DNA of 19,601 bases. It comes from an archaeon. Its GTDB lineage: Archaea; Undinarchaeota; Undinarchaeia; Undinarchaeales; JBDRKL01. The translations under genes and the position numbers were made by a program. Location of the stretch: positions 1-19,601 of the forward strand of contig JBDRKL010000005.1 of the NCBI GenBank assembly GCA_043814055.1, written 5' to 3'. How positions within the stretch are numbered: the stretch's first letter is position 1; each line of letters starts with the position of its first letter. The notes under the pieces are model-generated. The model was not told the DNA's origin. It ran no database searches and worked only from the letters and a program-made list of their open reading frames with translations. Of the stretch, positions 1 through 8,898 are shown piece by piece.

Positions 1-507
1 AAATTGGGAACCGCTGGGAAAGTTAACCCGCCGCTTAGGAGCGAGGTGGATGTTGAAATTCTGTGGAAGAATCTTGGGAATGTTAATTTTATTGCATCAG
101 ACCACGCGCCACACACAATTAAGGAGAAGCACAGGAACGTGAAAGATACTGCAGCTGGGTTTCCAGGGGTTGAAACCACGCTGCCGCTGCTTTTGAACGC
201 GGCAAATGCTGAGCAATTAAGTTGGAGCGAGTTGGTTAGGTTGACTTCGGGCGGAGCAAGTGAATTGTTTGGGTTGCCGCAGGGGATTGAAGTTGGAAAT
301 CCTGCCAACCTTGTTGTTTTGGATCGCAAGAAAGAGCAGACAATTAAAGCAGATAATTTGCATTCAAAGTGCGGGTGGACGCCGTATGAAGGGCAGAAGG
401 TAAAAGGGGCTGTACATAAAGTATTTTTAAGGGGGGAACTAATAGTGAATGGAGAAGAGTTTACTGGAAAACAGGGGAATGGTGAGGAAATATGTCAAAA
501 GTTGTAA
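1..507 (+). CDS. pyrC: Dihydroorotase (amidohydrolase superfamily), C-terminal part; 5' end lies before the window
   Basis: Frame is open from base 1. Motifs KVNPPLR, IASDHAPH, GFPGVET, ANLVVLD and HSKCGWTPYEG are typical of class I dihydroorotases. Confidence 0.88.
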   Translation, partial: KLGTAGKVNPPLRSEVDVEILWKNLGNVNFIASDHAPHTIKEKHRNVKDTAAGFPGVETTLPLLLNAANAEQLSWSELVRLTSGGASELFGLPQGIEVGNPANLVVLDRKKEQTIKADNLHSKCGWTPYEGQKVKGAVHKVFLRGELIVNGEEFTGKQGNGEEICQKL

Positions 508-1367
508 TACCACTTTTTAATGCGCAGAATCTTGGAGAAAAAGTCGCGAAAGAGCTTAAGGCAGAGGTTATCAAGCACGAGACGCGAAAGTTTCCGGACA
601 AGGAGATTTATTTCAGAATTGATGGAAACGTAAAGGGCAAGGAAGTTGTGCTAGTGCAAAGCGGCTACCCAGGGCCGAATCACGCTCTGATGGAACTCCT
701 TTTTGCCTGCGACGCCTGCAGGGATATGAGCGCGAAGGAGATTATTGTTGTTGCACCGTACCTACCATACGCAAGGCAGGACAAGAGGTTCAAGGACGGG
801 GAGGCGCACAGCTTGAAGACTGTTGCGAAAATACTCAAGAGCCTCGGCGTTTCAAAGTTGATTACAGCGGACGCACATTACAGGGATGATTACGGGGAGA
901 AGGACTTGTTTGGGTTGAAGAATGTTAACATAAGCGCTGGAAAATTGCTTGTCGAGCACCTGAAGAAAAAGTTCGGGGTTGAGGGAATGCATGTGATTTC
1001 CCCGGATTTAGGCGCGAGCGGAATGGTTAAGAACGCAGCGAGCGCCGAGGGCGTTGAATACAGCGAATTGAAGAAGGTACGCAAGGGCGATTTTGATGTT
1101 GAAATGTTCGGGGAGATGGACGTTAAGGGCAAGAATGTTCTTGTGCTGGACGACATCATCAGCACAGGTGGCACAATGCTGTTGGCAATTGATAAGTCAC
1201 GGAAGGCCGGGGCAAAGAAAGTTTTCGCAGCTGCAACGCACGGGATATTCGGCTGGGACGCGCTGGACAAACTGAACCAAACCGCAGATTATCTTGTTAC
1301 AACTGATTCAATACCGAATCCGACGTCGTTTGTGAGTTTGGCAGAGGAGATAGCTAAAGTACTATGA
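492..1367 (+). CDS. prs: Ribose-phosphate pyrophosphokinase (archaeal type)
   Basis: Motifs FPDKE and PYLPYARQDKRF, plus the PRPP-binding loop VLDDIISTGGT. SD-like GGTGAGG at 481-487. Overlaps the pyrC stop. Confidence 0.95.
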   Translation: MSKVVIPLFNAQNLGEKVAKELKAEVIKHETRKFPDKEIYFRIDGNVKGKEVVLVQSGYPGPNHALMELLFACDACRDMSAKEIIVVAPYLPYARQDKRFKDGEAHSLKTVAKILKSLGVSKLITADAHYRDDYGEKDLFGLKNVNISAGKLLVEHLKKKFGVEGMHVISPDLGASGMVKNAASAEGVEYSELKKVRKGDFDVEMFGEMDVKGKNVLVLDDIISTGGTMLLAIDKSRKAGAKKVFAAATHGIFGWDALDKLNQTADYLVTTDSIPNPTSFVSLAEEIAKVL

Positions 1368-2050
1368 CACAGGAAGCGCACAAGCAACTCGTAGGAACAA
1401 AGGTTGTTGATGTTATTGAGAGCAGCACCACTATTGGTCTTGGCACAGGCAGCACGGTTTTTTACACGATTCAGGAAATTGGGAAGCGGTTGAAAGAAGG
1501 AGAGCTGGAAGGAATACAAGGAGTTTGCACCTCGGTTGACACAGAGAACAAGGCGAAGAAGGCCGGTATTGACATTTTAAATATCAACGAGGTTGAGAAG
1601 ATAGACATCGCGATTGACGGCGCTGACGAGGTTGACCAGGAGCTTAATCTAATAAAAGGCGGCGGCGGGGCACTTACGCGGGAGAAGATAATTGATTATA
1701 TGGCAGAGAAATTCATTGTTATTGTGGATGGGAAGAAAATGAAGCAGGTACTTGGGGACTTTCCGATACCCGTGGAGGTTCTTCCATTCTCGTGGTTTCA
1801 GGCAAAGAAGCACCTTGAGAATCTCGGCTCATCAGTATCGCTGAGGGTTCTGAGCACTAATCAGCCGTTTGTTACGGATAATAATAATTACATTCTGGAC
1901 GCGAAGTTCTCGCACGTGCTTAAACCCGAGAGGTTGGAGCAAATAATTAATAATTTACCAGGGGTTCTGGAGAATGGAATTTTTAGAGCTGAAAAAGTTA
2001 CACAGGTTTGGGTTGGGAGTGATAAAGGGATTGCGGTTTTGCCGAAGTAG
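1364..2050 (+). CDS. rpiA: Ribose-5-phosphate isomerase A
   Basis: Motifs IGLGTGST, DGADEVD, IKGGGGALTREKI and TDNNNYILD. ATGA overlap with prs. Confidence 0.96.
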   Translation: MTQEAHKQLVGTKVVDVIESSTTIGLGTGSTVFYTIQEIGKRLKEGELEGIQGVCTSVDTENKAKKAGIDILNINEVEKIDIAIDGADEVDQELNLIKGGGGALTREKIIDYMAEKFIVIVDGKKMKQVLGDFPIPVEVLPFSWFQAKKHLENLGSSVSLRVLSTNQPFVTDNNNYILDAKFSHVLKPERLEQIINNLPGVLENGIFRAEKVTQVWVGSDKGIAVLPK

Positions 2051-4136
2051 GTTTTGCTTCTTTCTTCTTACCCCAGTCCGCTTTTGACGGGCACGCAGGG
2101 TCTATGCACATTGCGAATTTTCGCTTGCCCTTGCGGATTACTTCAACAACCGGCAGGCCATCGTGCGGGCACGGGTTTTTGACCGGGACGATTTTTGCCA
2201 TTTGCGGCAGTGGGTAGGAACAGTCGCACTTTGGGTAGCCTGAACAGCCGACGAATTGTTTTCCGCTTGCTTTTGCGCGGCGAACTATCAAATCCTCGTT
2301 GCATTTTGGGCATTTCCCAAGCGTGCTCTGCTTGCGCGCTGCCTCGCGGTAGCTCTCACCGAGCTGGGCGCCGATTTCCGCGTTGTGCTTTTTGAAAGTG
2401 TTCATTATTTTTGTGAGCGCTTCTTTCGCTTCTGAAATTACAGCCTCGGACTTGAGGGAACCGTCCTGTATCTGCTCAACTTCGCTTTCAAACTTGCGCG
2501 TCAGCTCTTCAGAGGCAAGTTCAGGTGCAAACTTCACGATTGTTTCAACTATTTTGCTGCCGAAGTCTGTCACTTTCATCTGGTCGCCTTCAACATAGTT
2601 GCGGTCGTATAAGGTTTGAAGGATTGTGGCGCGGGTGGCTTTTGTCCCGATTCCGAGCTGCTCCATCTTTTTTATGATTGACGCCTGCGAGTAGCGGTTC
2701 GGCGGCTTGGTTTCCTTTTCTTCCTTGTCCAGTTTCTTGACTTTTAGAGTGTCATTTTCCTTGAGGTCAGGGAGTTCTTCCTCCTTGAGCTTGACGTAGG
2801 GCCGGTAGAACATGAACCAATTCTCCTCAAGTGTTACCGCGCCTTTTGAGAGGAATGTTTCGCCGTCAATTTGGAATCGGATTTCCTGATTCTCGCGAAC
2901 TGCGGGCTTGCCGAAGCAGGCAAGGAAGCGCTTCACAATTAGGTCGTATAGTTTTGCATCCGAGTCTGCGATTTTAGCAGGAACCTCTCCGGTTGGGTGT
3001 ATGCACGGGTGCGCTGGGTCTGTTTTTGAGCCCTCGTTCGGCTTGATTGGCTCGCCGCTGTCAAGTAGTTCGCTGATTAATTTTTTGTAAGCCGGCTGTT
3101 TTTCAAGCGGCTTGAGGAGCTCTTTTGGGTTCACGCCCTGCGGAAGTTTCTGTGAGCTTGTTCGAGGGTAGGAAATCAGCCCTTGCTCGTAGAGGTTCTG
3201 GGCGATTGACTGTGTTCTTTTTGGCGCGTACTTGAACTGCGCGTATGCTTCGCTCTGGAGATCGCCGAGATTGAATGGGTTTGGAGGGTTTTGCTTGGAC
3301 TTCTGCTTCTTGATTTCGCTCACTACTGCGTCCTGACCTTTGGCGTTGTTGTATGCGGTTTCTGCAGCTGCCTTATCAAAGAACTTGTCTGTCTCGTGGA
3401 TTGCAGGGAGCTCTTTTTCTGGCGCGCCAAGGTGGGCTGTGAGGACCCAGTAGGGCTTTGGAACGAATTTCCGGATTTCTTTCTCTTTTTCATCAAGGAT
3501 TTTGAGCGTCGGAGTCTGCACACGGCCGGCTGAAAGGGTTGCGTAGCCGCCGGTTTGCGACTTGTATGCGTAGGAAAGCGCGCGGGAGGTGTTTATGCCC
3601 CAGAACCAGTCAAGCATATGCCGAGTTACCCCAGCGTCAGCGAGCGGGAAGTCAAGGTGCTCATTTTTGTTTTCGTATGACCGCACGAGCTCGTCCTTTG
3701 TGAGCGCTGAGAACTTCATTCGCTTCGCGTTTTTGAGAGCTTCCTCGCCGCAGAGGTATTTAATGACATTATAGCCTATCAATTCACCCTCTATGTCGTA
3801 GTCGCACGCTGCTGTGAAGGAGTCTGCTTTCTTCGCAAGCTGTTTTATCACGTCAACATAGGGCTTTGTGAACTTCGCGCCAGTGCCGACCTCGTAAGAA
3901 GGGACCCATTTAATGTTAAAAATTGGATAATCCGCAGCACCTGATTCCTGCGTGAGAGTGAAAACGTGACCGACTGCAGGAGCTATTACTATTTTCTTGG
4001 ATTTGCGCTCTATGACGTAGTAGGAGACCTTGCCCTTGCGCACCTGGGTGACTTTGCCAGTGGCAAGCGCCTCTGCGACTCTCTGGCTGACCTTTGGCTT
4101 CTCTGTTATTATTAGCTCGTATTTTTCTTCTGGCAT
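1998..4136 (-). CDS. topA: DNA topoisomerase I (type IA) with C-terminal zinc-ribbon repeats
   Basis: TOPRIM motifs ITEKP and DYDIEGE, SAGRVQTP, catalytic Tyr in ISYPRT, and C-terminal CPKC...CSGYPKC and CPHD...CIDPAC. Confidence 0.96.
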   Translation of the reverse strand: MPEEKYELIITEKPKVSQRVAEALATGKVTQVRKGKVSYYVIERKSKKIVIAPAVGHVFTLTQESGAADYPIFNIKWVPSYEVGTGAKFTKPYVDVIKQLAKKADSFTAACDYDIEGELIGYNVIKYLCGEEALKNAKRMKFSALTKDELVRSYENKNEHLDFPLADAGVTRHMLDWFWGINTSRALSYAYKSQTGGYATLSAGRVQTPTLKILDEKEKEIRKFVPKPYWVLTAHLGAPEKELPAIHETDKFFDKAAAETAYNNAKGQDAVVSEIKKQKSKQNPPNPFNLGDLQSEAYAQFKYAPKRTQSIAQNLYEQGLISYPRTSSQKLPQGVNPKELLKPLEKQPAYKKLISELLDSGEPIKPNEGSKTDPAHPCIHPTGEVPAKIADSDAKLYDLIVKRFLACFGKPAVRENQEIRFQIDGETFLSKGAVTLEENWFMFYRPYVKLKEEELPDLKENDTLKVKKLDKEEKETKPPNRYSQASIIKKMEQLGIGTKATRATILQTLYDRNYVEGDQMKVTDFGSKIVETIVKFAPELASEELTRKFESEVEQIQDGSLKSEAVISEAKEALTKIMNTFKKHNAEIGAQLGESYREAARKQSTLGKCPKCNEDLIVRRAKASGKQFVGCSGYPKCDCSYPLPQMAKIVPVKNPCPHDGLPVVEVIRKGKRKFAMCIDPACPSKADWGKKKEAKPTSAKPQSLYHSQPKPV

Positions 4137-4157
4137 AAAGCTACCACTATTTTCGTT

Positions 4158-5324
4158 CTAGTTTTTATATTTTCGGTAAGCATCGGCGACTGCTTCCGCT
4201 TCTGCCTTCATCACGTTTTTATCTAAAGGATTTGTGATTATGTTGTCCTCAGCGAGCTCGGAATCCGGGGTGCAGAACGCGATTGCCTTTGCTGCAGCGC
4301 GCATCATTTCCTGGGTTATTTCAGTTGCTTTTGCATCAAATGCTCCGCGGAAAATTGCTGGGAAACCTAGCACGTTGTTGATTTGGTTCGGATAGTCTGA
4401 GCGGCCGGTTGCGATTATTTTTGCACCTGCAGATTTTGCAAGCTCAGGTGCAATTTCAGGAGTAGGATTTGCGCAGGCGAAAATTATCGGGTCTGCTGCC
4501 ATTGCTTTTACCATTTCACCGGAAACTATGTTGCCGCGCGACAGTCCGAGGAACACATCAGCACCTTTCATCGCGTCAGCGAGAGTTCCTTCCTGTTCCA
4601 CTGCGAGGGATTTCTTGTAATCGTTCAGGTCTGCGCGGGCTGTACTCACGATTCCCTTGCTGTCGCACAGGATTATCTCTTTTACTCCAGCGTCCTTGTA
4701 GAATTTTGAGCACGCGATTCCGCCAGCTCCTGCGCCGGAGACCGCGACTTTTATTTCTGAGATTTTCTTGCCTGTTAATTTCAGTGCATTAAGCAGACCG
4801 GCGAGGGTTACTATTGCAGTGCCCCACTGGTCATCGTGGAAAACAGGGATATTAAGGTCTTGCTTGAGCACGGTTTCAATTTCAAAGCAACGCGGGGCTG
4901 AGATGTCCTCAAGGTTTATTCCGCCGAAGCTGGGGGCGATTACCTTGATTGTTTGGATAATTTCGTTTGGGTCTTTTGTGTTTAAGAGTATTGGAACTGC
5001 GTCAACTCCGGCGAGCTCCTTGAAGAGCACGCACTTGCCCTCCATTACTGGCAGGCCTGCCTCCGGGCCGATGTCACCGAGCCCGAGGACTGCGGTTCCA
5101 TCTGTTATTACCGCAACTGTGTTGCCCCGGTTTGTGAACTCGCTGATTTTTTCAGGGTGGTCTTTTATTTCGTTGCACACCTCTGCGACCCCGGGGGTAT
5201 ACGCAAGCGTGAGGTCTTTGAAGTTTTTGAGAGGAACTTTGCTTTTTGATTCTATCTTGCCGCAGCTTTGCGAGTGGTATTTGAGAACTTCGTTTTTTGT
5301 GTATGTGGCGCGAGGGGCGCTCAT
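4158..5324 (-). CDS. NAD(P)-dependent malic enzyme (short prokaryotic type)
   Basis: Motifs AYTPGVA, TDGTAVLGLGDIG, INLEDI, FHDDQWGT, GAGAGG, ANPTPE and TGRSDYPNQINN. Confidence 0.95.
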   Translation of the reverse strand: MSAPRATYTKNEVLKYHSQSCGKIESKSKVPLKNFKDLTLAYTPGVAEVCNEIKDHPEKISEFTNRGNTVAVITDGTAVLGLGDIGPEAGLPVMEGKCVLFKELAGVDAVPILLNTKDPNEIIQTIKVIAPSFGGINLEDISAPRCFEIETVLKQDLNIPVFHDDQWGTAIVTLAGLLNALKLTGKKISEIKVAVSGAGAGGIACSKFYKDAGVKEIILCDSKGIVSTARADLNDYKKSLAVEQEGTLADAMKGADVFLGLSRGNIVSGEMVKAMAADPIIFACANPTPEIAPELAKSAGAKIIATGRSDYPNQINNVLGFPAIFRGAFDAKATEITQEMMRAAAKAIAFCTPDSELAEDNIITNPLDKNVMKAEAEAVADAYRKYKN

Positions 5325-6610
5325 TTCTTTGGCCCCGTTGGCTCTATTTTTTTGAGTCCTGCCATATATGGCTGCAGAATTTTTGGTATTTTTATAGAGC
5401 CATCTTTCTGCTGGTTGTTTTCAAGAATTGCGATTATCGTCCTGCTGAGCGCGAGAGCTGTTGAGTTCAGCGTGTGGATGGGCTGCGGCTTCTCGCCAGA
5501 GTCAGTTCTGTAGCGTATGTTCAGGCGGCGCGCCTGGTAGTCAGTACAATTGCTGCACGATATTACTTCGCGGTAGGCACCCTGCCCCGGGAGCCAGGCT
5601 TCAATATCATATTTTTTAGATGCGGTGATTCCGAGTTCGCCGGTGCAGATGTTCACGATTCTGTAGGGGAGCTTGAGCTCCTGCATCAGGTTTTCAGCGC
5701 ACTTTAGGAGCAACTCGTGCTCTTCCCAACTCTTGTTTGGAGGGGAAAATGAGAACATTTCAAGCTTGTTGAACTGATGAACCCTGAATATGCCTTTTGT
5801 GTCTCTGCCGTGTGAGCCCGCTTCTGTGCGGTAGCAGGGAGAAAATGCCACGTAGTGGAGAGGGAGATCCTTGATGTCAAAAACTTCGTCCATGTGCATT
5901 CCGCAGATGGCGTGTTCTGCTGTCAATATTAGGTTGAGCCCTTCTTTTTCTATGCGGTAGATTTCCTTTTGGGAGCGCGGGAGCATTCCGACGCCGTACA
6001 TCACGCGGTCGTTCACGAGCGCAGGGGGGATTATTGCAGTAAATCCTTTTTTGACTAGGGCGTTGAACGCGTAGTTCGCGAGCGCGGTTTCAAGAAGCGC
6101 TGCCTCGTTTTTCAGGAAGAAAAAGCGGGCGCCGGAAGTTTTCGCAGCCCGCTCAATGTCGTACAAGTCCAGAGATTCGCAGATTTCAATGTGGTCGCGG
6201 GGCTTGAAATCAAATTTTGGTATAGCACCCCACTTTTTTAGCTCTTGAGTATCAGAGTCATCCTTGCCAGGGGGAACTGAATCGTGGACCAGGTTTGGAA
6301 TCTTGCTCAGCGCCATGTCACGCGAGGCTTTTGCGCTGTCAGTTTCACCCTCGGTTTTTTGTAGCTTCTTTGCGAGTTCCTGCATTTCCTTTATTTTCAC
6401 TGTAGCGTCTTTTTTTACCTTCTTGAGCTTGGCTATTTCCTCGTTTGCAACATTGCGCTTCTGCCTGAGCTTGTCGGCCTCCTGCAAGAGCTCACGCCAC
6501 TTCTTATCGTGCTCAAGAATTTGGTCTATTGCTGTTGGATTCTCGCCCCGCTTCGTCTGGGAGTCCTTCACTATCTGCGGATTTTCACGCAAAAGCTTGA
6601 TGTCTATCAT
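5321..6610 (-). CDS. serS: Serine--tRNA ligase (canonical type)
   Basis: N-terminal MIDIKLLREN and coiled-coil arm, LTAEH, motif 2 YRTEAGSHGRDTKGIFRVHQF, EVISCSNCTDYQARR and HTLNSTALA. ATGA overlap with the malic enzyme gene. Confidence 0.97.
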   Translation of the reverse strand: MIDIKLLRENPQIVKDSQTKRGENPTAIDQILEHDKKWRELLQEADKLRQKRNVANEEIAKLKKVKKDATVKIKEMQELAKKLQKTEGETDSAKASRDMALSKIPNLVHDSVPPGKDDSDTQELKKWGAIPKFDFKPRDHIEICESLDLYDIERAAKTSGARFFFLKNEAALLETALANYAFNALVKKGFTAIIPPALVNDRVMYGVGMLPRSQKEIYRIEKEGLNLILTAEHAICGMHMDEVFDIKDLPLHYVAFSPCYRTEAGSHGRDTKGIFRVHQFNKLEMFSFSPPNKSWEEHELLLKCAENLMQELKLPYRIVNICTGELGITASKKYDIEAWLPGQGAYREVISCSNCTDYQARRLNIRYRTDSGEKPQPIHTLNSTALALSRTIIAILENNQQKDGSIKIPKILQPYMAGLKKIEPTGPKK

Positions 6611-6618
6611 TGATTCAC

Positions 6619-7659
6619 CTATAGTTTTGGCACAGTTGCCATGCTCTGGAGCAGCAGCTCAACTGTGTTTGCTATGTCCCGCAGGTCAACCACCTCAACC
6701 GGTGTATGCAGGTAGCGCACAGGAATGCCGATGCCTACAGAGGGAACGCCGGATTTTGAAAGGGAAATTGCAGTGGCATCCGTTGTTCCGCCGCCTATGA
6801 CTTCTTTCTGGTAGGGTATTTTGCCTTTCTTTGCCGTAGAGGTGAGCCAGTCAACGATGACGCGATTGGCCATAAGACCGCTGCCAACGCAGTCCTTGCT
6901 TCCGTCCGCGAGCGTGATTACCGGCCCCTTGCCAAGCTCAACCGCGCTCTCGTGCTTTTCAACCCCAGGTATGTCACCAGGAAGGGTTGTGTCAACAGAA
7001 ATACCAATATCAGGGGTAACATCAAATGCAGTGATGCGCGCGCCTTTCAAGCCGACCTCTTCCTGCACAGTGAACACGCCGTATACCTCGCACTTTGGCT
7101 TGACTTTTTTCATGAATTCAATCAATGCTACGACTCCTGCGCGGTTGTCAAGCGCTTTTCCAGTGAACAGCTTGCCCATTTTGGTTGCAGGGAAACGAAC
7201 TGAGGCCCAGTTTCCAACTGAGATTCCTGCTTTTTCCACTTCTTTTCGCGAGCTGAATCCAGCATCCAGAAACATCTTGTCCATCTTTACAGGGGTCTTG
7301 CGCTCATCCTCACTCATCATGTGTATTGGTTTTGAGCCAGCCACAGCGATTAGGTCGCCTTTATCCCCGTGGATTGTTACCCGCTGGCCGAGCAGGATTT
7401 GGTCGTTCCAGCCACCAACAGGGGCAAACTTGATGAAACCGTTGTCGTCAATATACTTGACCATAAGACCAGTCTCGTCCATGTGCGCAGCGAGCATAAC
7501 CCGCGGCTTTCCCTTGCCCTTGCGTGTGAACACGTTTCCGAACGCGTCAGTGCGCATTTCGTCAACCTTGCCGCGCAGCTCCCTCTGCACAATCTTTGAA
7601 ATATTCGCCTCGTTGCCTGAGACACTTGGTGAATCACATAGCGTTTTTAATAGTTCCAT
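6619..7659 (-). CDS. M42 family (TET-like) aminopeptidase
   Basis: Metal-ligand motifs AAHMDE, ALDNRAG, VQEEVGLKGA, SVDT, GGTTDA and RYLHTP. SD-like GGGGGT upstream. Confidence 0.93.
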   Translation of the reverse strand: MELLKTLCDSPSVSGNEANISKIVQRELRGKVDEMRTDAFGNVFTRKGKGKPRVMLAAHMDETGLMVKYIDDNGFIKFAPVGGWNDQILLGQRVTIHGDKGDLIAVAGSKPIHMMSEDERKTPVKMDKMFLDAGFSSRKEVEKAGISVGNWASVRFPATKMGKLFTGKALDNRAGVVALIEFMKKVKPKCEVYGVFTVQEEVGLKGARITAFDVTPDIGISVDTTLPGDIPGVEKHESAVELGKGPVITLADGSKDCVGSGLMANRVIVDWLTSTAKKGKIPYQKEVIGGGTTDATAISLSKSGVPSVGIGIPVRYLHTPVEVVDLRDIANTVELLLQSMATVPKL

Positions 7660-7724
7660 TGTATACCCCCTGGACTTATTTGGGGGGGTGGGTTTTTAAA
7701 GTTATTGTATTTGATTATTTGGCT

Positions 7725-7747
7725 CTGTCTATACACCTGTATAGAAA
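7725..7747. repeat. Palindromic box A, copy 1 (CTGTCTATACACCTGTATAGAAA)
   Basis: Perfect 8-bp inverted arms TCTATACA/TGTATAGA with a 2-bp spacer (7728-7745). 22/23 identical to 11513-11535. Confidence 0.85.
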
Positions 7748-7934
7748 CTGCCCTAATACTTTTGCTTGTTTGGCGCAAGGTTGCGATTTTTGGGGGGCCT
7801 GGGGGGAAAAAATGGTTTTTGAGCCATCTTTGTTCCGCCCACCCAGAAAGGCTAAAATGTCATAATATTTGTAGAGCGGCCAGGGGCGGAAAATTCGGAA
7901 AATTTTGCCTAAATAAACCAGTAGCAAGAGGGTA

Positions 7935-7950
7935 AGTTGACAAGTTGACA
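7935..7950. repeat. Tandem AGTTGACA x2 (TGTCAAC family)
   Basis: AGTTGACA-AGTTGACA read directly. Same core as the copies at 8248-8271 and 8427-8448. Confidence 0.7.
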
Positions 7951-8038
7951 TATTAAAATGCGTTAAATCGGATGCAGGCTAGTGATTTAAATATAAAATC
8001 AGAAGCAAGCGGAGTATGTGAGACTAAAATTTTCGGTT

Positions 8039-8112
8039 AACTCTCACAATAGGGCGAAACTCACACACAGATATACTCGCGCATAAGGGCACCGAAAGAC
8101 CAACTCTCACAA
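8039..8112 (-). repeat. Two copies of motif B (TTGTGAGAGTT) on the minus strand
   Basis: AACTCTCACAA at 8039-8049 and 8102-8112. Both are exact reverse complements of 11036-11046. Confidence 0.75.
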
Positions 8113-8247
8113 ACGGCGTAGACAGGAATTCAAAACCAGTATGCTGCGTCCGACACATTTTTAGCTATTTCTCACCAGGTTTTGGCAAACGCCAGGCCAG
8201 AATTTTTTAAAAATCATTTGAGTTTTTAAAGTTTTTGAAAACATCAA

Positions 8248-8271
8248 TATGTCAACTGACGAGTTGACATA
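8248..8271. repeat. Inverted repeat TATGTCAACT-GACG-AGTTGACATA (putative operator; right arm is also part of a dif-like 28-mer)
   Basis: Perfect 10-bp arms with a 4-bp spacer, about 110 bp upstream of the wHTH gene at 8381. Confidence 0.8.
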
Positions 8272-8332
8272 ATAATCAATATGCTTTGCGGTATAGAAAG
8301 AATGTGTAATGTGACAGATTGTTATGTAAACT

Positions 8333-8358
8333 ATTTGTCAAGTGACAAATTATATATA
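8333..8358 (+). promoter_or_regulatory. TATA box of the 8381 gene with an overlapping upstream palindrome (putative operator)
   Basis: ATTTGTCA-AG-TGACAAAT (8333-8350) abuts TTATATATA (8350-8358), 22 nt before ATG 8381. The spacing is consistent with a leaderless transcript. Confidence 0.65.
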
Positions 8359-8380
8359 CTAAAAAACGATAGTATGCAAT

Positions 8381-8884
8381 ATGGGTTGGAGAACTATTCT
8401 TGGTCTGGAAAAGAAAAAAGAGAAGAAAAGTGTCAACAAAGTGTCAACTGTACAGAAGAAACCATCCAAAAAGCCGAAAACCGTTACGCAGAGCCAGGTA
8501 GAAGACCCAATGATTTCATTCTCAAGGCAGCTCACAATGATACAGGGAGAGATGCAGAACATAGAAACCATTATGCAGAGCGGGTTTACAGGCCTTCGGG
8601 AGGATCACCATAGGATACTTGAAGAGCAGGAGAAAGCCATGGAAATCAAGAAGGGTCGCCTGGAACAAGCCAAACAGAACATAGAAAACGAGATAGAGAT
8701 GCTTGAGGTTGACAGCAAGATTTTGAACCTCCTAAAGATTGAAAAAATGCAAAGCGTTGCGATTTCAGAGCGACTTGGGGTAACTAGACAGTACGCAGCA
8801 ACACGATTAAATGAACTTGACAGAAATGGGTATTTGAAGAAAGTCAAAAGCGGGAGAAAGGTTTATTATAAGTTGAACGGGTAA
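8381..8884 (+). CDS. Winged-helix DNA-binding protein with N-terminal amphipathic peptide, Lys-rich linker and central coiled coil
   Basis: C-terminal DSKILNLLK...AISERLGVTRQYAATRLNELDRNGYLKKVKSGRKVYYKL fits an ArsR/MarR-like wHTH. The middle is heptad-like and E/K/Q-rich. TATA box upstream. Confidence 0.8.
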   Translation: MGWRTILGLEKKKEKKSVNKVSTVQKKPSKKPKTVTQSQVEDPMISFSRQLTMIQGEMQNIETIMQSGFTGLREDHHRILEEQEKAMEIKKGRLEQAKQNIENEIEMLEVDSKILNLLKIEKMQSVAISERLGVTRQYAATRLNELDRNGYLKKVKSGRKVYYKLNG

Positions 8885-8898
8885 ACTAAAAACTAGCA

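Noticed and set aside
7664-7689. ACCCCC/GGGGGT hairpin that could sequester the SD of the M42 gene
   Set aside because: The likely TATA box (about 7693-7700, minus strand) would place the transcription start downstream of the distal arm, so the hairpin is probably not in the mRNA.
6821-7699. 292-aa plus-strand ORF (also 4768-5355, 6264-6800 and other long antisense ORFs)
   Set aside because: These are antisense shadows of well-supported genes (M42 peptidase, malic enzyme, serS) and have no motifs.
7596-7951. Short ORFs in the 7660-8380 spacer
   Set aside because: No SD or protein-like composition. They run through homopolymer tracts and the palindromic box, so the region was treated as non-coding.
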